A stretch of 63,197 nt of DNA, the filler included, from Sluysia triapertura (lineage: Eukaryota): assembly GCA_046118255.1 (NCBI GenBank). It is 5 parts of 5 records of this genome, joined end to end, with 100 filler letters (N's around TTAATTAATTAA, not from the genome) between each part and the next. Parts side by side here need not be neighbours in the genome. Positions count along the whole stretch, not along the records: positions 38,898 to 49,685 come from JBJNIA010193449.1; positions 49,786 to 63,197 come from JBJNIA010041578.1; 3 more parts are not named here. One strand, 5' to 3'. Positions 42,208-55,290 of the stretch are shown one piece after another. Each line of letters starts with the position of its first letter. Position 1 is the stretch's first letter. The position numbers were made by a program, and so were the translations under genes. A model generated the notes under the pieces. That model saw only the letters and a program-made list of their open reading frames with translations. It was not told the DNA's origin and made no database searches.

Positions 42208-43570
42208 TATTTCCCCAAAATTAAACTCTTAAAAATCAAATTAAAAAATACGATAATAATTTACTATTAAACAAAAATCAAATTAGAATTTATTGTCATT
42301 AGCGTGACTCTCCACTAAACAATACTAAAAATAATTAAAATGACAAAATTAACAATAGAATTTATTATAATATTAAGAACACTACAATCTAATTTAAAAA
42401 AACCAGGAGGGACATAACAAACACTAACAATATCAATATTTAGAAAGTTAATAATAATTATGCTACTTAAATATTTTTAGTTAACGTAGCCAAGAGTATT
42501 CACGATTAAAATAAAAATCGTGATCCTTTCTAAAACTTAACAATAATATCTAAAGTAAAAATATTTAATGTTTCGATAAAATAAAACAAAACTACTTTAA
42601 AAATGGCTGAAAATAAAATCAAACAACTTACAATAAAAGTAGTACAATATTAACTTATATTAAAATTATCTTCCATTTAATAAAATCAAAAATAAAATTA
42701 AAATGAAACAAATTTATTACCTTATTTTAATTTTAAAATAATAAAATAACAAAAATACAAAATAAACAAGAACATTATTCTAATCATGGGTCTTCACTGG
42801 ACAATTTCATAATTGTGTCATTGTTGTTATATTGTGTTAAAAATTTAGAAATCTGTATTTTATATTCTCTCATCATCCAATCAATTCCGAGTCTCACGAC
42901 CAAACACTCTCTCACACAAATCATCCAAACCTCTTTGAGCATCAGAAAATTACATGATACGGTCTGTCAAACTTCATTAGGTACAAAACATAGAAATCTG
43001 GTTTATTATCAACCATCATTTCCTTTTACTCTACTCAATCTATTTTTACCTAAAAAAACTTCTCACATTAAAATAACAATCATTGTTAACATACATAAAA
43101 AATAAGTAATTTGATTTTACTTTTTATTATTTAATTAATTTTATATTTTTCACACCCAATTTTATAATGAAAAATGTTTCAAGGTTCTTATTCTCAAACG
43201 AACCATTTTACAAACATTTCGAACTCACTTATAGATTCTCCTCGTTCATAGCAATCATCTCATATTCCATTCATCACACTTGCATCACTCTAATTATTAA
43301 AAATTCAACATTCCATAATTAAAATAATTAAAATTTGACTTTGCTCAATATTTAGGCTTTCCTTGCATGAACTCGATCAAACCATATCTTCATCGAAATG
43401 TCTTTTCAAAACAAATACATACACAGTTTCAAATTTAACATAGCATTCCGTATTCAAAAGTTATTCACAAAAAATACTTTTTCTTGATTAAGTTAATTAA
43501 GATTTTAATTAATTAATCTATTTTTAGACGTAATCTTATTTTATGTTTAAAGGTTTTGTTAAGGTTCCAA
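42208..43570 (+). repeat. Dispersed AT-rich repeat family R1, longest copy (boundaries approximate)
   Basis: Shared cores such as ATTAAAATAACAATC..TTGTTAACAT and GAAAATGTTT.AAGGTTCTTATTCTCAAAC recur near 27160-27290 (-), 29040 (+), 44745 (-) and 46780-46900 (+). Confidence 0.75.
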
Positions 43571-44389
43571 GGCTTTCTAGTAATTTATAAGGCATTCAGT
43601 AGGCTCTAGCTGTTTTCACCTTCACCTTTCTGATTCCATTTTCTATTTCTTCAAGTTTATTATTACCACATGAAACTTATCTTAATTATTTTGAACAAAT
43701 GTTTTATTTCTCAAATATTTTAAAGATTTAATAAACTTTATAATATTATTTGACGATCTTTGATGCTTACTAAGGTTTCCAGAATACTTAAAGATTAACG
43801 TAGTCTTAATATTAACAATTTCAAAGGTGTTCTAATACCTTTAAAGGTTTTTGAAGTCCTATTCAAGCCTCCACAAGGTCTCGACACCATATATAGTTCT
43901 TTGGAATGTCAAGGCATTCTTTAGCTGTTAAAACTACCATAAATGCTTAATTTTTTACGACTCTCATTTCAACGCTGCTTACAACGTTCAATCCATCACT
44001 TGGTATCAGTTCTTTCTTCGTTTTATAGTTCTATATGTTTCTCAGGCATTTTCTAATGCACAGGGCAATCCCAACAAATATATTTTAATGAAATTTGTGT
44101 TTTTAAGTAGTAATCTTTGTGCTTGTTGAGATAACTAAATAATGCACTTAATTGGGTTAACTCTAGTTACTAATTGATATTCCTTAAGTACATTTAAAGA
44201 TTATGTTATTTTTAAAACCTTATCAATATTTAAGAATCTTTGATATCTTGAATAGAGTTTAAGATGTGAATAACCTGTAGAGTATTTGCAAGTTTTAAAA
44301 TATTTATGAAATAAAATCATTGTTACTAATATTAAATATTAATCCAATACAATAAAATTTCCTGAGTGATTTATAAAGTACCAAACAAC

Positions 44390-45090
44390 TTTAGAACCTT
44401 AATAAAGAACACTGACGGAGAAGATTTAAAAATACGCTAATTAATTAAAATCTTAATTACTTGATTAAGTTTTTAAAATAACATTTGAATGTGGAATGCT
44501 ACGACAAAGTTTCGAGTGTCTCTGGGCTTGTTCTGGTGAGATATTATGATAAAGATATGATTCGATCGAGTTCAAGCCATAAAAATCATAATATTAAGCA
44601 GAGTCAAATTTTAATTAACTCTCAATTCTAAAATATCAATTTTTTTGTATTTGGAATAATGAAATGATAATTGATTGTATATGAAATAATTCGTATAAAA
44701 GAGAAGAATCTAGAAAAGAATTTGAAATACTTATAGAATGATCTGTTTGAGAATAAGAACTTCAAACATTTTCCATTAGAAAATTATTTGAATTAAAAAA
44801 TAAAAAATTCATGATTTTTATACTCTTGGGATCACCAAGTTAGTGAATAGAAAATAGGTTAAAAGGTTAGAGAATTTAAAATATATGAAAAAATGATGTA
44901 AAATATATGAAATATAACAATATATGCATAAATGAATATTGCTAGAGCAAGAATGACGAAGAAAATAATGTTTATAGTCATTTTGAAACCGAAGAATACC
45001 TAGACATTTTAGGGTACAAAGTTTACGAAGGCTTACGAAGGTTTTGGAAAGATGCTTTAAAGTACGAATCAAATTTTTAATGAGTCGAAT
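44390..45090 (-). repeat. R1 repeat copy, inverted relative to 42880..43570
   Basis: TAATTAATTAAAATCTTAATTA, GCAGAGTCAAATTTTAATTA and GTTTGAGAATAAGAAC are reverse complements of segments at 43490, 43325 and 43185, in collinear order. Confidence 0.8.
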
Positions 45091-45183
45091 TGGCTCAGTT
45101 CGTAAATCTAGTGTTAATTATTCATTTTTATTTATTTTTATTCAATATTAGTTTTTTGTATTGACTTATCATATAATTTTATA

Positions 45184-45256
45184 ATGGGAATCTAACCCAG
45201 GACCTTTAGCAACACAGCTGTACAATTCGATGCTCTGACCATTGAGCTATTAGCCC
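45184..45256 (-). repeat. tRNA-like repeat copy B
   Basis: GGGCTAATAGCTCAATGGTCAGAGCATCGAATTGTACAGCTGTGTTGCTAAAGGTCCTGGGTTAGATTCCC contains an A box, a degenerate B box and the same extended central palindrome. Confidence 0.7.
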
Positions 45257-46429
45257 TATCTAACAAATTTGTTTTATTTTGTCAATATTACTGCAACATT
45301 ATTATCTTACGAATAAAGGATGTATGATTGTAACGTACAAGTCTTACGGGTTAGGGCTAGCTGTTGGATTTTAAAATCTTTATGCTTAATGAAGTTAATT
45401 TATTTCCGAATCTTTTGAACTATTAAAAACGTTTTCGATAATTTTCAATCAAATTTAATATGATTTTTAAAATGATTTTAACTTGAATCAAAATTTATAG
45501 GAGATTTGAATTTGGTTCTTAAAAATAAATCACAAAAATAACTTTAAACCAATTACAGATGAATTTACACGTGGTAAATTGAAAAGATTTTGAAGCAACT
45601 GGAAATTATACTGGTATAACAGTTAGATAAAATGAAAGCACAATAAAAGATAATGGGAATAATTCATACAGATTATTAATAATTATAATATTGATATATA
45701 AATTTTGAACACTATTTTACTCAGCTACCTTATTTAAATGGTAACTATGGATGTTTAAGAAATATTTTAAGTGAGATTTTATAACATGCAATATTAAAAA
45801 TTGTTAAAACAACTTATAGAAATTAAACTAACGAGTAGAAATTAATAGAATAGATAGTAATAGTCTACTTCTCCTGGTAGAATTTGAAAAATCAACCGTA
45901 ACTAAAAAGATTTCTTAAAACTGTTATCGTGTATGAAGGTGTTAAATTTTCTTTTTAAATAGTGAAAATACGACCTATAAAATATTTTATAGAACAAAAT
46001 AAATTTATTTTTATAATCATCAAAATATTTAAATTATTTTTATTTATAAAATTTTGTTTATAATTATCTTAATTTTAAATTAAAATAATTTACTACTTAC
46101 TAATTTTTCCAGTTTTTCCACACTTAAAATATTAAATGTTATTTAAAATCAAAAATCGATAGTTTATTATGTGAAATTAATAATTCACAATTATTTTTAC
46201 AATTATATTTTATATATTGTATTTACAAGTATTTACAAATTGTTTACAAATCTTTTGAAATTACATAATTCTGCATGACATTTTAAACCCTTACATATCT
46301 CACCCAATTCAATTATGCGTGACCTCAAACATCAATAAATCATTTAATTCACATCAGAAGGGTATTCGATATGTGAACTCACCACAAAAAACAAAATGTT
46401 TAGAAGAATTGTCAATAATTTAAGAGGAA

Positions 46430-46910
46430 GTCTCCCAAAAAACTAATTTACTTAAAATCAAAATAATAAAAATAAATTCAAAATTTTATCTAGTACATGG
46501 ATTTTAACATTGGCAGCATTAAAGTCTTGTTACTAGTTGTGTAGTAAAATTTTTAAGCATTCATTTTTATACTTTTTCATCATTCAATCATTCCTGAGTT
46601 TTTTAATCAAACATTAATCACACATATAATCGCAACATTCTTTGAGAATTAAACCGTCAATAATAATTTTGAGATTATATAGTGCGATCTACCAAACTTT
46701 AGGATATAGAAGACAAAAAATTGACAAATGATCATCTTTTGTTTTCTTTTATTCTACTCGATCCATTTTTACTTTTCATATTAAAATAACAATCACCAGT
46801 ATTGTTAACATGAATAAAAATAATGAATTTAATTTTAGTTTTTAGAATTCATTTAATTTAATTTTCCTAATGGAAAATGTTTAAAGTTCTCATTCTCAAA
46901 CATATATCTT
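46430..46910 (+). repeat. R1 repeat copy (empty site for the tRNA-like insertion)
   Basis: TAATTTACTTAAAATCAAAATAATAAAA, GTAGTAAAATTTTTA, CATTCCTGA and ATTCTTTGAGAATTAA are shared with 27810..28195. Confidence 0.75.
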
Positions 46911-47281
46911 ATTCAACTTCTGATCCGCAATTTGCAGTCCAACAAATTTATGATGGAAATTTTACATCATACAACTGTTTATCAATCATTAGACTCTATT
47001 ATTAAAAGCGATCATTCAAGTTGGAATTTTTAACATAATTATTTGGTTCGAAAATTTCAATACAATCATCAGCAGAACATAGACACCGTTTTTTATCTTT
47101 GGAGAATATTTTATCCAGTCGTTAATATATATTCTTATAAGTTTGGTATATTTTAAAATACTTGATAAAATACACTAAATATTTTTGAACCATTTTCAAA
47201 GTTCGGCATAAAATCCATTATAAATTTGTAACTAGTTTAATTATCAATTCGAAGATTGATAATCAATTAAAAATTTGATTA

Positions 47282-47349
47282 TGTTAGACTTAATAAAATG
47301 GACTGACCGGAATCGAACCCAGGTCCTCTCGCAGCGCAGTTCGATAATG
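47282..47349 (-). repeat. tRNA-like repeat copy C (5' half missing)
   Basis: ATCGAACTGCGCTGCGAGAGGACCTGGGTTCGATTCCGGTCAGTCCATTTTATTAAGTCTAACA matches the 3' half and 3' flank of copy A. Confidence 0.75.
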
Positions 47350-47885
47350 ATGTAAAACATGTATTAATACAACAGTTTAAGTTTTTTCTCTTTTTGGAGA
47401 AGAAAGGTCTTCTTGTATTCAGGAGCTACTTTCTTTCTTCTTTCAGGGTGATATGCATTATTCGAGGACTCACAGCTAGTCGTACACACTATCGTACTAG
47501 GGTCTTGATTACGATTTTGTGGAAGTCAAGTGCCTTGAGAAGCCTGTCATTCTCAGGATCCCATGACTCGAAGGCTGCAACAGAGACACCTTGCACTTCA
47601 GTTGTTTCTGCAGTTTGTCCTGGAAATCAGTATGTTTCGCAGCATTGGTTGTTCGGACTATCTCGAAGTTTTTCTTCATCTACATGGAGGTCTTGACATC
47701 AATTAAGAACAGTTGTGATGAAGAAGTACCACGGACATTTATGTCAGGTCGACGCGAGTCACCAATAATTGGCGTAGGCGAATCCCTTCTGTGTCACTTT
47801 GTCCACTAGGTTGTTAAAAATTTTGTTGTGCCGGATTGTTCTGGCTATGCTTGTGTGAAAACATAAGCAGAGCACTTGTAGAAAG
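47350..47885 (-). mobile_element. 3' end of an RLE-type non-LTR retrotransposon (R2 group; NeSL/Utopia-like)
   Basis: Zn-knuckle tail and RHN (VLCLC...RTIRHNKIFNNL; RHN at 47825..47833), endonuclease core RRPDI...FLIDVK (RPD at 47743..47751) and SWDPENDRLL (GxWxPxND motif), followed by a short 3' UTR. The segment is locally GC-richer than its flanks. Confidence 0.85.
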
Positions 47886-49448
47886 GATTTATACTCAATA
47901 TTACTATCATAATTCTGTTGGGTGTCTTTCAAAATATTATTTACGTTAAATAGATATTAATTTAATTAACAAAAAAATTAATTGTTTATGTATTGCTGGG
48001 TGTTTTTCTTAATCTGAAAACCACCCAGCAAAAATAATTAATTATTATGAGTCCGTTTACAGTATATGACTTACTAATGGCGTACTTGTAAAATTACGTG
48101 AAAACAATTATCAAAATTAATCTTACAAAAAATATTCTTTGCCTTAACTTAACAAAATGGGCAAAATCGTCGTTTATGTCAATTAATAATAATTAACTCA
48201 AAAACTAAATAAGGCCAACGTTAGCTTATGGAATATTTAAATTAACAATTCAAATAAATAATGATGGTATAAAATTGTATCTTTTCTTATATCTTTAAAT
48301 CTTAATATAATGACCGTAAATACTTCTTAATTTTACTTTTAATTACGTCTTAACAATGAAAAATATATTGAAGTTTAGATCGTAAAGTAAATATTAAGAC
48401 AATTATAGTAAAAATCAAGGCTTAAAACTCTAATAATTTTATCTATAAAAACTAAAGATAAAGATAACAATTATTATAAATTTATAAAAATTCAATAAAA
48501 AAGAACTGTTACTAAAAAATACAAATTCTATGAATAATAAATTTATAATAACAATAATAATTTAGCTATAATGAGTGTCTAACCAAGAGACTCTACCCTA
48601 CAATACTGATTTTATAATTGAACTTAAGGGCCAACTAAAGTTTTAAGATTTTATATTTTAGTTTGGTTTTATGATTGGCCTTAATGACCAAACGTGAAAA
48701 AAGTATTTTGAGTGGATTTTATAACTCAATGTGAGTTTATCAACTTATATAAATCAAACTTAAGAATTTAATTAATTATATAATTTGGTCTCGGCAATGT
48801 TGCTTGAAAGTGAATTGACAGATCTGATTGCTGCTGCTTTTGAAATGCTATCCCTCTAATCGAATACGCGGGGATCGCACAATAACTTGAAAAACTGAAC
48901 GAATTTGGTGGTAATGAACCGATTGATGCCAATGATGATTTTCACAATAATTTCTTTTTATTACGATGCCAAAAAATGACGAATTTAGTTTCAGCTCTCT
49001 TTGTGTGATTAAATGAATAATGGTTTCTTTATTTTGAATAATGGCGTTGTAACTTCAAAATGGCAGTTTTCTATTTGTGTATGTCTTTATATAGACATAA
49101 AGACATTTTTTAAAATTTAATTTAATTAAACAAACTTCATTCGAGAGTTTCTTTTTAGGTATTTTTTAATATATAATAATTTTAATTTTATTATAATTGA
49201 AATAATAATTTTTTAAAATAATACAAATTTAATAATTTTTATAATTTCATTTTTCACAAAAAATCATAAAAATAAAATTATAAAATAAATTTTTTTTTAC
49301 ATCTTTACAGTACTCACTGTATCAAATATCAATTATCAACAATTTTCTTATTTATTAATAATAATAATTATTCTCCCCCAAACTAATTATTTTAAAAGAA
49401 AATCAAATTAAAAGCAACAAAAAAATAATTTACTAATTAAGCAAAATC

Positions 49449-49665
49449 AATTACAAATTCGTATTATTACAAATCTCTATTAAGCACTACTAACAATGAT
49501 TAAATTAATTACAAATTAATATTATTATAAATCTTTATTAGGCACTACTAAAAATGATTCAATCGATTACAAATTAATTTTATTATAAATCTTTATTAGG
49601 CCGTACCAAAAAAAATAATTAAATCAATTAAATTAATTACAAATTAATCTTATTACAAATAATTC
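49449..49665 (+). repeat. ~59-bp tandem minisatellite (~3.5 units) within an R1-like start
   Basis: Consensus unit AATTACAAATTAATATTATTATAAATCTTTATTAGGCACTACTAAAAATGATT. It is preceded by TCTCCCCCAAA...AAAATCAAATTAAAA, as at about 42210. Confidence 0.75.
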
Positions 49666-49685
49666 TAATAAAATATTCTTAATTA

Positions 49686-49785
49686 NNNNNNNNNNNNNNN
49701 NNNNNNNNNNNNNNNNNNNNNNNNNNNNNTTAATTAATTAANNNNNNNNNNNNNNNNNNNNNNNNNNNNNNNNNNNNNNNNNNNN
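49686..49785. other. Artificial assembly spacer
   Basis: N44-TTAATTAATTAA-N44. Confidence 0.99.
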
Positions 49786-51324
49786 ATATTATACATTTTT
49801 TTATATTTATAAATTGTACTTATGTTAAAAATAAAAAAATATTACGATATTATTTTTATTCTTCATGAAAATCTTTGTTGATACTTCCCCCTCCTTCAGA
49901 GGTGTCCCGCTTTGCCCATCTAAAAATCTGTTCACCTTAATTTATACAAAGGTTTAAATTATACAAAGGTTTAGATAAATATTTATTTTTATTTATTTAT
50001 TTATTTATATTTAGTTTATTTAAAAGCAATACATTGAACATAATCAAAAGTATTTATAAAAAATGGAGGATGATTAGAAAATAAAAATTAAATTTGATAA
50101 ATCTACAAATTTTATTTTATATCAGCATTCTTTTATTGATTTTTTGTCATTACTTCAAGTATATAAACAAATAAAATAAAATTTAACAATTATTTATGTA
50201 ACCTTTAACTGCTCCTGTCGTCAATAGACGACACAACGAAACTGGTGTCGCTTATATGTGTTAGGAAATATCTGATTTCATTTAGACGCGCAGGACATAG
50301 AATCTCAAGTAATTATCCTTGTTGAAAATTAAAAAATACATTTTGACATTTGTCTCAAATTATGATGGTGCAATATCTTTATAAAAAATTTTTTCACTGA
50401 GATACTGTTTAAACGAAATGTTTTTATTAATTTGCAAATACCATGATACCTTAAAAAACTTTAAAATATAGTTTGATTATAAACTGCCTTAAAATACATA
50501 CGTACTCTTCATACAAATCTTTAGTGAAAAAATGTTATCTGAGTATGTTATCTGGAATGTTTCCATTTATATAGACGTCAATGTTTTTCTGAATATGTAT
50601 CATGTAATATATAAAGACGTTAAGGAGACTATTCGACACATTATTTCATTCTTTCTTTGAGATTACATTATTTATTTTGATATTATGAACTCTAACAAAT
50701 GTACATTTTAGGAAATTATTTCATAATCTAATTTATCATACGTGTTTATTAATTTATTAACTACATTTTCTCTCTTTCCGTAGTTTATTTAATACTGTTA
50801 CATCTAAAATAATAATACATTGTTTTAATTTTAATATGAGTGCAGTCTGAAGTAATAAAATAGATGTTAATACTTTTCTTTAATAAAACATCAAAGTTGA
50901 TGTTTTATTAGCAACGAGTAATGTAGAAGCTTAACAAAGTTACGCTAATTTTAAATTGAATAGAATAGTTATTAAATATATATACAATAAAATAATTTTT
51001 CAAGAAAATCGATATTTATAAACATGTAGAATGAAAAATAATAATGTAACAATTTAAAGTATGGATTGTGTACAATATTTTGTTAAATTTCATATTGATT
51101 ATTTATATAAAATATACTACTTTTTTTTATAAGTAAGTTATTTTATGTAAATATTGGATATATTCTATTTAATAGTCCATTTTCATTTAATTGATTCTAA
51201 TAAAACGATGTTTACACATAACATAATGTACATGTGAATTAAAAAGAAAATAATAATCGATTTGATAAACCCTAGATCTTAATTCTTTTATAATTTATTT
51301 TAATTTAAATTGTGTAATTTTAAT

Positions 51325-51390
51325 AAATAATAATAATAATAATAATATTAATAATAATAATAATAATTGTAATAATAATAATAATATTCA
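51325..51390. repeat. Imperfect (AAT)n microsatellite
   Basis: Seen directly. Confidence 0.85.
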
Positions 51391-51680
51391 TAATATTCAT
51401 TTTATTTACATAGCACTATTATATATTATAAAATAAGTACTCTAAAGCTCTTAGTATAAAGCATTCATTGTACTATTTCTGAAACAGAAAGAAATTTGAC
51501 TTTTTAAATATTCCTGTATCTTCCATTCGCTGGTAGGTTATATCTTTTTGAAATATACGATTATTTTTGTGCATTCTGATAAAAATTTCCGGAGTTCCTT
51601 CAGGTATCAATAGATATATGCAATATAAAAATTTTGCTTTGTAAATCAAATGCTTCTGGTAAAGACTAGTGAAACTATTT
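51385..51680 (-). mobile_element. Possible CRE-like RLE retrotransposon C-terminus followed by an (ATT)n tail
   Basis: Broken frames give FILHISIDT*, ELRKFLSECTKII, EYLKSQISF and NECFILRAL, resembling RLE C-termini. AATAAA follows, then directly the imperfect microsatellite at 51325..51390. Confidence 0.35.
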
Positions 51681-54619
51681 TAATTAATAATTATCTCTCC
51701 AAAAATTGTCTTATGTTTTGCCTCTTTAATTAATTTATTGGACGTGCGTAAAATTTAAAGATGTCTGAATACTGTCGTATATTTTATAGATATAATATAT
51801 ACTTATAATGGACGTTTATACTTTATTAATAATCTAAATTTCTTTCTACTTAATAACTTAGATTTCTTTAATGAATATTCCTAAATGCAAAGCTTGAAAA
51901 TTATTATTCTTTTATTATTTTACCTTTTAATTTTCTTCTTAACTTTTAAGTATTATAATAATTAATAAATAAATTGTCTGGAGGTATAATTTCGTATACT
52001 CGTCCTAATTGTTCGGGATGAAAGTGTTAATTATTAAATTATGTGATTAATTCTTAATACTAACTTATGGTCTCAATTCTAATATATCGAAGGAATTACT
52101 AGTTGAGCCGAGTTCTATTGACAACCTCCATTTATTCTACTTTAAAGAAAAAATGCACAAAATAATAAATATTTATTAATCATATTTTGAACTATTACTA
52201 ATGATAATATAAGAATGTATCTTTATTGACATATATTAATAAATCAATTTAATTATTTTATAATTATATAATTCAGATGAACTAAAATACAAAGTAATAT
52301 TTTTTAAATGAAATAATATTTATTCTTCGTCCTTTGATTAAATCACGAAATATTTCTTCTCTTCTTCAAATGCAGTTCTGATAGAGTTTATATTTATACC
52401 AATTCGTAACAATATTGTTAACATATATTTATTACAATAATTACGGATAATAATTTTTACAATAATAATTCAGGAGAATGTATAATAATTCAAATAATTG
52501 TTTAAAATATTTTAATAATTGTTTATGATAATTCTGTATTAATATAATAATTTAGTATAATTTAATCTTTCAATCCATCCGAAATAATAGTATTTATAAT
52601 AGTTCTAATCAATGTATAATAATTTATTAATTTTGTTAATATTATCAATCTACAATATAATTTTATTATTATTAAGTAATTTTGTGTGTTCTATTAAATC
52701 TTTAACTTAATTTTGATCGGGTGTAGTGTTGTTAGTTTTTAATTTCTATTCAATTTTAGTTTAATATGATTATATTCGATTATCATGCTTTTAAACTTTG
52801 ATTTCACATAATTTTATCTTATATATTGTAATATTCTAAATCATGTTTTTAAGATAGTTTTGATAGGACTTTATCTTCATAAAGTTTGATTTCATATTAC
52901 TGTTATTGACTCTTAATTTAAGATGATTTATTTACTACAATAAAAAGGTTTGATGTTAATATATTTTAATTTCATATTCTCTTTATAGAATCTTACTCTA
53001 AAATACATTTTCACTTTAAATTTAATTGTTATTTGTTATTAAATATTGAATTCATATTAACTCTATGCAATACCATTTTAAATTAAATTAATTTTAATAA
53101 TTTTTAACCAATATTTTATTAAAAATGTATATGTTTAAATATTATATTTTATTAAAATTGAGTTTATTTTATAAATTATTTTATTAAAACTGAGTTTAAT
53201 TAAAATGAAGAATGAGTTTTATATCTATATATTATATTACATTTTACAGTAATAATTATTTAAAGAAAATTAGGTATTGTTTCAATAGTGAGCATTTAGT
53301 GAAATTCAGGTATTGGAATATAAGAATTCTGATTCCGATTTCTTTAATAACTTGATTTTTTTTACAAACTTCTTAAAATTAATCAAAGTCAACATCGAGT
53401 AAAATGTTAACTATCAACAGCATTTCAGTTTTACATAGAACTTAATTTTCCTTTGTACTTAAAATATACATATTGCTGTGGTTTTCCTAATTCCTAACCT
53501 AGGGCAAAATAAAATTGAACAAAGTCTTCTTCTGTAGTGTAAAATTTAATTCAATGAATACTACTTTATCAATTGTGCTACCTTATCGTAAAATGGAGGG
53601 TCTCACCAATTAATCTGGTTTAGATTTTCAGTGATTATTTACTTCAAAATTTTCAAGTCAATAGTAATAACAATAATAGTCTGTAAATAATTATCATGAT
53701 AATAATAATAAATTATAAATAATAATAACATAATAAAAATAATTTTCTATTATAAAAATAATTTTAATATAATAAAAATATAGCACTAATTATTTGTATT
53801 TTAATAGGTTTTATAGCCTAGTGTTTGTATATCAAATAAAGAGTACTCAGTTACACTCTACTCATTAAGAACATGAAACTAATCAATAGAGAGTGTACAC
53901 GTACTCATACAATTATCTGATGAAGAGTACTTGTATACTCATTAGCCAATGAAAACAGTACATGAGTACTCATATTTTGGATAATATATGCGCATAAAAA
54001 ACGCCAAAAAATTTGTCATTTGTTATTTGAGTTTAAATATTTTTTCACTGTTATTTTTATAATACGATGAATTTTACTTACAAACGTTTTAATTATTCAA
54101 ACTAATATTTGAATCTAATACATGTTTGGTTACCTAATAAACAATCAATTTATTGACGGGCTGATTAAATTTTAATGAAACTATAACTCAGACGTTAGTT
54201 TTATTATTATAAGCTTTCACATGATTTAACACATTCACTGTTCATGTATCACACATGATATATTAAACCTAGATACTTTTATATCCTTGTATCATATGGG
54301 ATTCAATTGCATACTTGTCTAAGATTGTAAATTAATTTATGAACGTCTTAAAAATGCATACTGTCGACTAACTAGGACGTGTAGAAATAAACCTTTAATG
54401 TTCTTAAGGGTAGTTTTGAATGAAAAATCATTTTTGAGGTATTGTTTGTATTAACATAGAGAACGAATAAACTGTAGATGCATTATTTAATCAAAAGTAA
54501 AATAAAGAATAAAATATTAAATTACATTTTATACAAGGTAATTAAGTACTATCTAAAATGCAAAATGAATTCTTTTGTAATGTCAAGCCACCCCTCAGGA
54601 TGAATGATAAACAATGTGC

Positions 54620-54790
54620 CTTAGAATGCGAAAAATAAGTAATTTCGGTTCTTACTCAAACAAACGAACTTGCATAATCTTGAAAAATTTGTATCATATT
54701 TGGTACATATGCTTACACGTGGTCTTATGTACGTTTATACGCACATTCTGATAAGATTTCAAAATTTATTACACACACGGTAAATGTGTA
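54620..54790 (-). mobile_element. Possible piggyBac transposase Cys-rich C-terminal domain remnant
   Basis: HLP...ICTKYDT...LCKFVCLSKNRNY resembles HxP...CxxC...T...CxVxLCLxKxRNCF. It is frameshifted. Confidence 0.35.
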
Positions 54791-54979
54791 AACATCAGAT
54801 GAATATTTTACTCAAAATCATGAATCACATTTTGTGACGGTTTAAATATTTAACTGTGCACAAAGTTGTTAGTTTGAATCACCTCTTCCCAATATTAAAA
54901 CTACTCGTACCATTTTATAGATCCGATTTAATTGAATTTAAAATAAATGGGTTTAATTATGTAGTTCGAACCTTGTAAA

Positions 54980-55234
54980 AAAAAGTCGTATTTTACATAT
55001 TTTCCTATCGGTTCAAATTCGACTATAAACTCCGTCCTTGTTTAAAAAAGGACTCAAATATATCTGAAATTAAACTAGCTGAAGCTAGAACATGAATTAA
55101 CAAAGTTTATAAGATTGTCGTCTTTCGAGTGTTCGTAGAATTACACAATCTTTATAAGGTTGTAAGATTGCTGTATTTTCTACATTTAAATCCTGTGGAC
55201 GAGCCCTGACTTGCATAAGACTCCGGTCACAGGA
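54980..55234 (+). mobile_element. Possible Penelope-like element 3' end with degenerate hammerhead-like motif
   Basis: FKFDY...LKKDSNISEIKLAEART*INK resembles the GIY-YIG C-terminal LxxEAxxI pattern. About 100 bp downstream lies TCCTGT-GGACGA-GCCC...CCGG-TC-ACAGGA (55191..55234). Confidence 0.3.
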
Positions 55235-55289
55235 GAACTCTTAAATTATTAAAAGCAATTGTCATTATAAAGCTTTCTTTAGAAAATCA

Positions 55290-55290
<1 letters not shown>

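Noticed and set aside
46920-47200. Cys pattern resembling an IBR domain (KKRCLCSADDC) on the minus strand
   Set aside because: Multiple stops and incomplete Cys/His spacing.
47394-47809. Plus-strand ORFs of 100 and 72 aa
   Set aside because: Antisense shadows of the RLE retrotransposon remnant.
53819-53975. Spaced GAGTAC/GTACTC motifs resembling a CRISPR-like array
   Set aside because: The repeats are only 6-8 bp and irregularly spaced in eukaryotic DNA; more likely decayed hAT subterminal repeats, with no matching second end found.
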